Below, piece by piece: positions 1 through 8,549 of a DNA stretch of 43,848 bases. The position numbers were made by a program, and so were the translations under genes. Under the pieces are notes generated by a model. That model saw only the letters and a list, made by a program, of their open reading frames with translations. It was not told where the DNA came from and made no database searches. Numbering within the stretch: position 1 is the first letter of the stretch; each line of letters opens with the position of its first letter. Origin of the DNA: a virus (taxonomy: Duplodnaviria > Caudoviricetes); the IMG/VR virus record IMGVR_UViG_3300032231_000006, positions 1-43,848 of that record; one strand, written 5' to 3'.

Positions 1-142
1 CAGCGAGCCACCGGCCAGCGAGCCACCGGCCAGCGAGCCACCGGCCAGCGAGCCACCGGCCAGCGAGCCACCGGCCAGCGAGCCACCGGCCAGCGAGCCA
101 CCGGCCAGCGAGCCACCGGCCAGCGAGCCACCGGCCAGCGAG
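1..142 (+). repeat. Perfect 15-bp tandem repeat CAGCGAGCCACCGGC, 9 full copies plus 7 bp, truncated by the window edge; encodes (SEPPA)n
   Basis: Directly visible; in frame with the ORF ending at 451. Confidence 0.98.
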
Positions 143-451
143 ACGGAGGTCGCCGCTGCGATCGCCGACGCTGTGCCAGATCCTGAGCCCGTAAAAGCCG
201 AAAAGCCAGCAGACAGCAATGTCGAGGTGGACGCAGCCACGCGAACCACGAACTTGCGGCGGGCGTTAGTGAAGATGGTCACGAAATACCCCGGCGGGAA
301 GGGGGCGAAAGCTATGTCGAAGATCATAAAGGACTTAACGGGCCAAGCGAGCCCCGAAAAGATCCCCGAGGAAGTCTACCCTGCCGTGATGAGTGAAATC
401 GAGGCCGCTCTCGAATCCCTCCCGGAAGTCGACTCCGGAGCTGATTATTAA
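2..451 (+). CDS. 5'-truncated phage protein with SEPPA linker and C-terminal helical domain, of the type found upstream of DUF2800 genes
   Basis: Frame 2 is open from position 2 to TAA at 449-451; C-terminus LRRALVKM..GAKAMSKIIKDLTG..PEKIPEEVYPAVM. Confidence 0.75.
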   Translation, partial: SEPPASEPPASEPPASEPPASEPPASEPPASEPPASEPPASEPPASETEVAAAIADAVPDPEPVKAEKPADSNVEVDAATRTTNLRRALVKMVTKYPGGKGAKAMSKIIKDLTGQASPEKIPEEVYPAVMSEIEAALESLPEVDSGADY

Positions 452-452
452 A

Positions 453-1622
453 ATGAAACCGGTCGACATCAACACACTCCCGGATCATTGGGACCGGGGG
501 TGTTCGAACGCTAAGCGGTGGGTTAACTGCCCTGGATCTGTCGACGCACCCCCGTCTGAGGGTGGGTTTATGGCATCCCTCGGGACGTTTGGCCACAAGA
601 TCGCGGAGAACGTCATAAGTCGGGAACCCACTCAGCTAACTGAAGATGATCAAGAGCTGCTTGCGAAACTCAATCTGGACGAACTGGCGTGGTTTCGCAA
701 GTCCATAAAAACTTGCGTCGATCACATAGTGCGGGAACTCTGCAGACTCCGCGACGAGTGGGGGCCTGAGAACGTCCAAGGTCCATACCTCGAAACGAAG
801 ATAGCGAGTACCTGGATAGACGACCACGGCGGAACATGCGACGTGATCATCGTAACGCCCGAGACGCTGCACGGATATGATTACAAGTTCGGGAGTGAAG
901 CCGTGATCGCCGAAGGTAATGAGCAGATCATGTGCTATCTAAACCTGGCTCGTCAACTGCACCCCGGCCGCAAACGTTTTTTCGGGACGATCATTCAGCC
1001 AGCGTATAAAGGTGTTGACGAGTACGAGTTCACGGCTGACGAACTTGACGCGTTCCTGACGGAAGCCGTTGAGTCTACGAAATCCAAAGACCGTAGGGGT
1101 GGAGAGTGGTGTGAGTGGTGTACGCTCTTGCCAACGTGCAAGGAAGCTGGTAGGATGGTAGTTCAAGCGGCCGATGAATTTGGGAGTCTTATGGATTTTA
1201 TCAACGAAGCTGACGGGCCGACTCGCGAAAACGTCGAGAAGTTAGAGCGGATCATTATGATGCACCGGCTCGCTACGAACGCGTTCAAAGCCGCATCAAA
1301 GCTTTTGAAAGACTGGCACAACCGGGGTGGCGTCGACCTCAAATATCATCGGATAGCGCCTCGGAATAACAGATCATGGAACGGGCTCGCGATGGATGCG
1401 TTAATGGACCAGCTGCCGGAAGACAAGCTAGGGGATGCGATACAAGTGGCGCCCATCACTCCGGCGAAGTTGCAGGAACTACTCGGGATGAAAAAGCAAG
1501 AATTTAATGACCTGTTCAAGCCTTACATCAACTTCGCGAACTCACCACAACTTCGCGCGGGTGCCAAGCCGTCGATAGATGAGCTCGTCAACGATCTACC
1601 TATCTTCGAAGAAGATAACTAA
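453..1622 (+). CDS. DUF2800-family Cas4-like PD-(D/E)XK exonuclease
   Basis: RWVNCPGS, GTFGH, GGTCD, YDYKFG, QIMCY, C-terminal CEWC..C cluster; ATG at 453 directly follows the upstream stop. Confidence 0.88.
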   Translation: MKPVDINTLPDHWDRGCSNAKRWVNCPGSVDAPPSEGGFMASLGTFGHKIAENVISREPTQLTEDDQELLAKLNLDELAWFRKSIKTCVDHIVRELCRLRDEWGPENVQGPYLETKIASTWIDDHGGTCDVIIVTPETLHGYDYKFGSEAVIAEGNEQIMCYLNLARQLHPGRKRFFGTIIQPAYKGVDEYEFTADELDAFLTEAVESTKSKDRRGGEWCEWCTLLPTCKEAGRMVVQAADEFGSLMDFINEADGPTRENVEKLERIIMMHRLATNAFKAASKLLKDWHNRGGVDLKYHRIAPRNNRSWNGLAMDALMDQLPEDKLGDAIQVAPITPAKLQELLGMKKQEFNDLFKPYINFANSPQLRAGAKPSIDELVNDLPIFEEDN

Positions 1623-1676
1623 ACCCGGCGACGGGGTCCAGTCGCACAACGCAATATCGCGAGGAGTTTACGCAGA

Positions 1677-2276
1677 ATGGCCGAGAAAAAACCACTAGCA
1701 ATTAACGGGTTATCCCCGATTGGGAGGATTTCGTTTCCGAAACTCTTTGTACCCGAAGCGAGGGAGGCAGGCGACAAACCTAAATATCAGGTTACTGTCT
1801 CGTTCGTACCAGCTGAACTGGAGGGTGCAGATAAAGAGGCGTTCGAGGCAATGGTCGAAGCCGCGAACAAGTGCTCGAATGATATGTACGGGGTCAACCT
1901 GAAAGATCCAGTCATTCCAGAGGATGGCGACCCGTACTATCTTCGGAATCCGTTCCGCCGAGGGACGGAAAATAAGTATCACAAAGATGACGAAATCTGG
2001 ATTCGATTTTCGTCGATAAACAAGCCACAAGTGATCGACGGAATGAAACAGGAAATCACAGAAGAATCCGGGCAAGCCTACGCAGGCATGCTCGGCCGGG
2101 CGTCTTGGTGCTGCAAGGCTTACGACTACTTAGGGAACAGAGGTGTTACTTTTTATCTCGGCAACTTCCAAAAAACCGGCGCTGGTGTTCGGTTGACCGG
2201 CGGAGCCTCGGCTGAGGATGAATTCGGAGAGGTCGTCGCCGAGGCCCCAGCGGCCGACGACGGCACCCCGTTCTAA
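1677..2276 (+). CDS. DUF2815-family single-stranded DNA-binding protein
   Basis: RISFPKLF, NPFRRG, YAGMLGRAS, GNRGVTFYLGNFQ, acidic tail ending in F; GAGGAG RBS. Confidence 0.9.
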   Translation: MAEKKPLAINGLSPIGRISFPKLFVPEAREAGDKPKYQVTVSFVPAELEGADKEAFEAMVEAANKCSNDMYGVNLKDPVIPEDGDPYYLRNPFRRGTENKYHKDDEIWIRFSSINKPQVIDGMKQEITEESGQAYAGMLGRASWCCKAYDYLGNRGVTFYLGNFQKTGAGVRLTGGASAEDEFGEVVAEAPAADDGTPF

Positions 2277-2310
2277 ACGTTTGCTAGTTTCCTTCGCTAG
2301 CTGACACCTT

Positions 2311-2351
2311 TGGGTGGGGTGAGTAATTCAAGCACTCACCCCACCTATTTT
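2311..2351 (+). terminator. Intrinsic terminator after ssb
   Basis: 12-bp perfect stem GGTGGGGTGAGT/ACTCACCCCACC followed by TATTTT. Confidence 0.7.
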
Positions 2352-2375
2352 CACCAACACAAGAGACCAAGATAT

Positions 2376-3002
2376 ATGAGCACATACGAACAACCCACCA
2401 TAAACGAGCTTGATGAACTCAACGACAGAATTCAAAAGATTCAAACTTTCATAGAGAATTCCGCGATATTCGACGCACTCCCCGACGCGGATATGTCTCT
2501 ACTACGTGAGCAGTTCAAGTGCATGGTTCGATATGCTCAGCGGCTCCGTGGATTCACTGAGCGGGTGAAAGAGGCTTGTTTAATGGATAAGCTAGACGCC
2601 GAAATGAAGATCCGCGGGGGTTGGGCCATATTCCTTCGACATCGGTTCAGCGAAGATGAGCGGGGCTTCGACCTCCACCTACACGTAGGTGGGTACAACT
2701 ACCACGTAACTGTCACAGGTAGTGAACTTAAAGCCTTTAGTGTTGAGGAAATACTTGACGACCTTCTCTACAAATTCCAAGCGCAAATGGATCGAGCTAA
2801 GTACTCTGAGGGACTCACCGCGATTCTTGAATCGATGGTCCATCTTGATTCAGAGATTTCCACTTGTGAGATCTTGATCAACTCGCTGTCCTACCCTGCC
2901 GACCTAAAACCGGGGAAGTCAGCAGAGCTCAAAGACTGTCGCGAGCGGCGCGAGTCGCTTGAAAAGGCGATGCAAAAGCTAAAGGAATCGAAACCAGCAT
3001 GA
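2376..3002 (+). CDS. Hypothetical protein with N-terminal crAss001_48-like helical domain
   Basis: ELDELNDRIQKIQTFI..FDAL..LLREQFKCMVRY pattern; stop overlaps the polymerase ATG. Confidence 0.6.
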   Translation: MSTYEQPTINELDELNDRIQKIQTFIENSAIFDALPDADMSLLREQFKCMVRYAQRLRGFTERVKEACLMDKLDAEMKIRGGWAIFLRHRFSEDERGFDLHLHVGGYNYHVTVTGSELKAFSVEEILDDLLYKFQAQMDRAKYSEGLTAILESMVHLDSEISTCEILINSLSYPADLKPGKSAELKDCRERRESLEKAMQKLKESKPA

Positions 3003-5167
3003 AACACGTCTATTGCGATTTTGAAACACGATCGTTGCTATCTGTCAAAGACGTCGGCGCTTGGAAGTACGCTGAGCACGAATCGACGACCCCGCTAATG
3101 CTTGCGTGGAAGTTTAGGGGCGTCAAACAATGTGGTCAGTGGGTGGAGCGACGAAGCGGCCGAGGGATGCCGGAGGCCTTGGCCGAAATTGTAGCGGACT
3201 ATAACGTCGTTTTTCATGCGTTCAATGCCTCTTTTGAGATCGCGATTTACGAAAGCATATGCGTCAGCCGTTGGGGTTGGGACCCTATTGCAAGAAGCCG
3301 ATGGAGATGCACGGCTGCAAAAGCTGCTCACGCAAATCAGCCTCGCGCACTGGGGAAAGTGTGCAAACGTCTGCGGACGAAAGAGAGGAAGGACGCAAGA
3401 GGTACGTTTTTGCTTAACTCGTTGAGCGTCCCTCAGAAAACCGTAAAAGCTGTCAAGTACACTAAAGACACGGTAGACGGCCAGCACAAGAAGGGTGAAA
3501 TTCGCAAGGACTCTATCACCTACCTGACCGAGCACGGGGTTGAGCTGTTTGACGTCCCTGTCGGGGACAAAGGAAAGACTGCGAAATTTTGGTGGAACGA
3601 CGACCAAGGACTACTTGACGAACTTGCGAAATACAATGTGCAAGACATAGTAGCCGAAGAGGATGTTGATATCAATCTGCCAGACTTGCCAGAAGCCGAG
3701 CGGAACCTTTGGGAACTCGACCAGCTGATAAACTCCCGAGGGCTGCCGGTCGATCGTGAATTATGTCAAGGCGTCGCGAAAGTGTTCGAAGTAGAATCAG
3801 ATATTTGCAATGACGCTATCGCCGCCATAGCGCGCGAGGACGACGCCCGACCGCCTAATAGACAAGTCGAGCGATGTACGCAAACTGAGCGAATAAAAAA
3901 TTGGGTAAACGAGCGAGTTAACTTCGGTTCGTCATTAAGTGCAGAGCTCGTTAACGATTGGCTCGCTAAGCCTTGGGGCGTCCGCGATAAAGAACAAGCC
4001 GACAGGGTCCGCGAGGTGCTGGAGCTTCGCCAGATCGCCGGAGGGCTTGGCGTCAAAAAGTATTGGGCCGCAATGGATTACATACAGCAGGATGATAGAA
4101 TCCGCGGCCAGCTGCTTTACTACGGTGCAGCGACCGGACGATGGGCTGGTAAAGGTATCCAACCTCATAATATGCTGAGGATGCCAATACCTGAAGAGGT
4201 CTTTTTTGAGGCTATATCGCGAGGCGATCACGCTGAGGTAAACCTGCTGGCAGAGCTTGGCGGGTACACAACGATCGGGTTACTCAAGACGTGCGTAAGG
4301 GGACTCATCCGTGCAGAGCAAGGAAAGACGCTAGTCGTTAGTGACTTCGCTGGAATCGAGGCTCGGGTCCTCCAGTGGCTTGCGGGGAATGAGGAAGCTC
4401 TACAGTTATTCCGCGACGGGGCCGACATGTATGTTCACGAGGCTTCGAATATCTTCGGCATACCTTACGATGACATGATGGTATGGAGCGAGAAAAAACA
4501 AAAGCACGTTTGCGGCAAAACGTTCAAAGAAAAAAGGCAAATCGGCAAGATAGCAGTTCTGGCCCTCGGTTACCAGATGGGTGCTGATAAATACCAGTAC
4601 ACTTGTCAGCGAGGGTGGGGCGTGGATATAAGCCAAGAGCTCGCTAACGATATTGTCGCGAAATGGCGAGAAGCAAACCCGGCCGTAGTTGAAATGTGGT
4701 CAAGGCTGGATCGCGCATTCAAAGCGGTCCTAAAAAACAAAGCAGTTAAAGCGAAGATCGGTAAGTACCTCCGAGTATTCTGGAGGGATGGCTACCTGAT
4801 TGTTCGGCTACCTTCAGGCCGTGAGTTGTACTACTTCGGGGCGGAGCTCTACAAAAATGAAAAAGGATTTCAGTCGATCCGATATCTTGACGGCGGGAAA
4901 CAATGGGTCGATACATACGGCGGAAAAATTTGCGAAAATGTAGTCCAGGCTATTTCAAGGGATCTACTTGTTCACTCAGCCTTCGTGGCGCATAATGATG
5001 GTCTATTCCTGATTGGCCACGTCCATGATGAGCTGATTTGCGAAGAGCTTATTGACGAAGGTGAAGCGTTCGCCAAACTCCACAGGGCTATGGAGTCGAA
5101 ACCTGATTGGGCGGAGGGGCTACCGCTCGCCGCCGCTACTTACTCACAGGAAAGGTACACTAAATAA
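2999..5167 (+). CDS. polA: Family A DNA polymerase with 3'-5' exonuclease (APSE-like)
   Basis: Exo motifs DFETRS, AFNASFE, YNVQD; pol motifs DFAGIEAR, RQIGKIAVLALGY, HVHDE. Confidence 0.96.
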   Translation: MKHVYCDFETRSLLSVKDVGAWKYAEHESTTPLMLAWKFRGVKQCGQWVERRSGRGMPEALAEIVADYNVVFHAFNASFEIAIYESICVSRWGWDPIARSRWRCTAAKAAHANQPRALGKVCKRLRTKERKDARGTFLLNSLSVPQKTVKAVKYTKDTVDGQHKKGEIRKDSITYLTEHGVELFDVPVGDKGKTAKFWWNDDQGLLDELAKYNVQDIVAEEDVDINLPDLPEAERNLWELDQLINSRGLPVDRELCQGVAKVFEVESDICNDAIAAIAREDDARPPNRQVERCTQTERIKNWVNERVNFGSSLSAELVNDWLAKPWGVRDKEQADRVREVLELRQIAGGLGVKKYWAAMDYIQQDDRIRGQLLYYGAATGRWAGKGIQPHNMLRMPIPEEVFFEAISRGDHAEVNLLAELGGYTTIGLLKTCVRGLIRAEQGKTLVVSDFAGIEARVLQWLAGNEEALQLFRDGADMYVHEASNIFGIPYDDMMVWSEKKQKHVCGKTFKEKRQIGKIAVLALGYQMGADKYQYTCQRGWGVDISQELANDIVAKWREANPAVVEMWSRLDRAFKAVLKNKAVKAKIGKYLRVFWRDGYLIVRLPSGRELYYFGAELYKNEKGFQSIRYLDGGKQWVDTYGGKICENVVQAISRDLLVHSAFVAHNDGLFLIGHVHDELICEELIDEGEAFAKLHRAMESKPDWAEGLPLAAATYSQERYTK

Positions 5168-5680
5168 ATGCCCCACATTGACGATTTCCCGGACCGACCG
5201 AATCAGTATGGCGAGTGGTGTACGACGCCTGCAAACGCGTTCCTTACCGGTTCGCGCAAGTACGGACTCCCTGCACTCGACGCCGACTACGATATGGTGA
5301 TTTTCACGGACAAGGACCCATCAAATTTTTACGACGATGCTACAGGGCCTCGGATGTACAATCAAGTCAGATTCTGTGCAAGGTCGGCAGTTTACTCAGA
5401 TGCACCGAATGAGCTGGTGGAGTTTCGCGGCTCAGATTCATCAGTCGAGTTGGTTTGCGATATGCCTTTATGTGACATTCTGCGGGCTGACTTCGCAAGC
5501 GGCATCGTCAACAATGTGAATTTCATACCTGTTGTCGATCCCAACCTGTGGCGGATTTGGGTTCGAGGGACGATGGCATTGTCGGCGATGGCACACGCCG
5601 GTATGATAATCAGTCGATCATACGCTATCGAGCTCTTTACAGAGCTCGGGTTACCGCGGCGAGCGGGTGGCTCGGGGTGA
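5168..5680 (+). CDS. Pol-beta superfamily nucleotidyltransferase-like protein
   Basis: hGS-x-DxD signature FLTGSRKYG..DADYDMVI. Confidence 0.7.
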   Translation: MPHIDDFPDRPNQYGEWCTTPANAFLTGSRKYGLPALDADYDMVIFTDKDPSNFYDDATGPRMYNQVRFCARSAVYSDAPNELVEFRGSDSSVELVCDMPLCDILRADFASGIVNNVNFIPVVDPNLWRIWVRGTMALSAMAHAGMIISRSYAIELFTELGLPRRAGGSG

Positions 5681-5790
5681 CAACTCGCGAGGCTGTTTCG
5701 TTTCTTGTTATGTTCTTCACGGTCATGCTGGCGTTGCATGGTTCAGTGTGGTTTTTACTTGAGGTTTTTTCGATATGGCTATCCAAATGA
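5677..5790 (+). CDS. Small single-pass membrane protein (37 aa)
   Basis: GTGA overlap with the upstream stop and ATGA overlap downstream; hydrophobic core. Confidence 0.55.
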   Translation: MTTREAVSFLVMFFTVMLALHGSVWFLLEVFSIWLSK

Positions 5791-6710
5791 AGCGGGAGGG
5801 GGACGCAGAGTGCGTTCGCATCTACGACGGGCGAAACTGCCTGACAATCCACGACAGGGACGCAGGTAATTTACCGGAATGGACTCAGGAGAAGATTCAA
5901 CAGCTTTCAAATTTGAAGACGGATTGTGAACTCGGTCACGTACACGTACCGGGCGACGCCGGGCAACCCATTTTCGACGCACTTATCCTTGCCCATCCTG
6001 AGTGGGTAACTGAGCACACGCCTATTATTTTCCGCACCAAGGGGGATATGATCGAGGAACTGGCCGAGCGTGGGGCCGCGTGGCTTACGCACCGGGAGGA
6101 GCTGGAGGCGTTAGGGTTAGTTGAGCTGTCAAGGGCGGAGGACGGTTCGGTTTTGAGGGAGTGGGTTCTTGACAACATAAAAATGCTGAACGTCGGGCAA
6201 CTCGCCGACCTGCTCGATGACAAGATCCCCCGGACGTCAGAGTCTGAAGTGATAACCGACCTGCATTTTTTACCGGAGAAAGTGGACTTCGATCGGGGTG
6301 GAGATCTACGGCGACGCGTCGCCGAGTTAATCACAGCGGACGTCCCGGAGCCGATCAACGGGCCGAAGTCCGGCCGGGGTTGGGTCGAATGCGCGTGGAC
6401 GCACACAGACGCGGACGGCGTGCTCACTGAATCCCTGTTCAGGAGGCAGCTATCAGACGCAATCGCGAAATTCGCCCAACAGATCAACGACCACGGAGCG
6501 GCGTTCGTGCCTCGGCGACTTAGCCACTCCCCTCCACCTTCCTACGGGGTCGCATACTATGATTGGGTAGGCGACTCGCAGCCGTTCGACGTCCGCGTCG
6601 TAATCCGGTTCGGATCAATAGGCGGCGACGAGCACAATCGAGGTGTAGCGGGCTTCCGTTTCTTTTTGACGACCCCCGTAACACTTGACGAAACCGCGTT
6701 TTTTGAATGA
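5787..6710 (+). CDS. Hypothetical protein
   Basis: Long ORF coupled by 4-bp overlaps at both ends; no motif recognised. Confidence 0.75.
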   Translation: MKREGDAECVRIYDGRNCLTIHDRDAGNLPEWTQEKIQQLSNLKTDCELGHVHVPGDAGQPIFDALILAHPEWVTEHTPIIFRTKGDMIEELAERGAAWLTHREELEALGLVELSRAEDGSVLREWVLDNIKMLNVGQLADLLDDKIPRTSESEVITDLHFLPEKVDFDRGGDLRRRVAELITADVPEPINGPKSGRGWVECAWTHTDADGVLTESLFRRQLSDAIAKFAQQINDHGAAFVPRRLSHSPPPSYGVAYYDWVGDSQPFDVRVVIRFGSIGGDEHNRGVAGFRFFLTTPVTLDETAFFE

Positions 6711-7003
6711 GTGGTCACGAACTTGAATCGGACATAGAGGCGGAAGTGGTCGAATGGGCGACGACTCAAGGGGGCTATTCCGTCAAACTTAAACTAGACG
6801 GCGAGCGAGGGTGGCCAGATCAGACTATCTGGCTACCGGGTGGCCGCGTTATCGTCCCGGAATTGAAACGGCCGAGGCGGAACAAGCGGTCCATCAACCA
6901 AGAAAAATGGATTCGCAGATTGACTCGACTAGGTTTTGATGCAGGTTTCTGCGAATCTTTAGGTGACGTGAAAAAACTGGCGCGGGGTGGGTATGGCAAC
7001 TGA
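6707..7003 (+). CDS. VRR-NUC domain nuclease
   Basis: ESDIE, GWPD, ELK and Q..W..L..LGF motifs; precedes an SNF2 helicase. Confidence 0.88.
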   Translation: MSGHELESDIEAEVVEWATTQGGYSVKLKLDGERGWPDQTIWLPGGRVIVPELKRPRRNKRSINQEKWIRRLTRLGFDAGFCESLGDVKKLARGGYGN

Positions 7004-8549
7004 AGCGAAAAAACACGACCTCATATCGCCAATCAGCGGTGAGTTGATTACGAAAGGGGATTTGGTCGGGGGCCACAACGATTTCGCTAGAAAAAACCCG
7101 CTGCACAATTACCAGACATTCGCGCACGATTGGGCGCTAGAACGGCTGTTCGTGCAGGACCGAAAAGGAGCGGGGCTGTTTCTTGATCCAGGGTTGGGCA
7201 AGACCAGGACAACGTTGACGTTGATCGACTCGCTATTCACGCTTGGCGTGATTAAGCGTGTCTTAATCCTCGCACCTCTCCGACCTGTCTACACTGTATG
7301 GCCTGCGGAAATTCGACTTTGGGGATTCAAGCACTCTCACATAATACTGCACGATCAACACGAAGTGGCGATGAGCTACGACTGCAAAATCGAGCTAATG
7401 AACTATGAAGGGTTAAAGAAAGTCCACCACCTGAAGCGGTGGGACATGATAGTCCTTGACGAATCGACCGCGATAAAAACCTGGTGCGCGAAGCGTTCGA
7501 AAAAGAAACTCAAGCGGCCTCGGACGTCCCCATTACGTAACCGAGCTCAGTACGTTCGGCTGATGCTCCCGAACATAACCAAGCGGTTGATCCTCACAGG
7601 CACCCCCGCGGCGAATAGTCTTTGCGATCTCCATTCCCAACTTTATGTTGTTGACGATGGGGAGTCACTCGGCCGCACTGTCACGCAATTCAGAGCTGCC
7701 TATTGCTACCAGGGCGGGTATCAAGGGAAAAAGTGGATGGTGATCAATGAGCGGAAGAAAGCAATTCACGACGCGATCAAGGACGACGTACTCCGGATGG
7801 ACGCGGAGACGTTCTTAGACATGCCGAAGCTCGTTCAGCATGATATATGGGTGGATATGCCAGCACCCGCCAAAAAACAATACGCGAGGCTTAAACGGGA
7901 CCTAGTCGCAGAGTTAGAATCTGGAAAAGTTTTCGCCGCAAATGCAAGTTCCGCGTATATTAAATGCAGGCAATTCGCCTCCGGCCAGATTTATGCAACC
8001 GACGATGAGGGGGAAAAGATCACAAAACCAGGGACGATCGAAGAGTTCGAGTACCATGTTTCGCACAAAGAAAAGACTATCGCGCTCATAGACTTGCTGG
8101 AGGAGCTTGCTGGAAAACCACTACTCGTTTTTTACTGGTTCAAGCACGAATTAGCTGAACTAAAAAACCACCGCGAATTCAAAACGGCACCTTGTATCCG
8201 AGGTGGTATGAAGCCGTCCGACGCCCAAATAGTCCTTGACGAGTGGAACGCGGATAAGCACAAGGTCCTCCTAGCGCAGTGGGCTGCAGCGTCTCACGGG
8301 CTTAACATGCAGAAAGGTTCTTGCGCCGATATCGCGTGCTATTGCCTGACAGACTCTGCGGAGGGGTACGAGCAGGCATATAGGCGGGTCTATCGTCAGG
8401 GCGTAAAATCGCGCCAAATCCGAATACATCGATTCCTGACACGGGGCACTACGGACGAAGTGCAATTGCAAAGACTCACGGGAAAATTCGAGACGCAAAG
8501 CGACTTCCTAAGGGCCCTCAAACAACACGCGAAGGGAACTGCGAGTTGA
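6993..8549 (+). CDS. SNF2-family DEAD/DEAH helicase
   Basis: YQ, DPGLGKT, VLDEST, LTGTP, HGLNMQ, QAYRRVYRQG. Confidence 0.93.
   Translation: MATEAKKHDLISPISGELITKGDLVGGHNDFARKNPLHNYQTFAHDWALERLFVQDRKGAGLFLDPGLGKTRTTLTLIDSLFTLGVIKRVLILAPLRPVYTVWPAEIRLWGFKHSHIILHDQHEVAMSYDCKIELMNYEGLKKVHHLKRWDMIVLDESTAIKTWCAKRSKKKLKRPRTSPLRNRAQYVRLMLPNITKRLILTGTPAANSLCDLHSQLYVVDDGESLGRTVTQFRAAYCYQGGYQGKKWMVINERKKAIHDAIKDDVLRMDAETFLDMPKLVQHDIWVDMPAPAKKQYARLKRDLVAELESGKVFAANASSAYIKCRQFASGQIYATDDEGEKITKPGTIEEFEYHVSHKEKTIALIDLLEELAGKPLLVFYWFKHELAELKNHREFKTAPCIRGGMKPSDAQIVLDEWNADKHKVLLAQWAAASHGLNMQKGSCADIACYCLTDSAEGYEQAYRRVYRQGVKSRQIRIHRFLTRGTTDEVQLQRLTGKFETQSDFLRALKQHAKGTAS

Noticed and set aside
1-142. CRISPR array next to a Cas4-like gene
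   Set aside because: The repeats are contiguous with no spacers and are coding; the DUF2800 gene sits in its usual SSB/PolA replication context
2999-5167. Z-genome (DpoZ/PurZ) or deazaguanine modification system
   Set aside because: No PurZ, DatZ, DpdA, FolE or QueC/D-like genes recognised in the window
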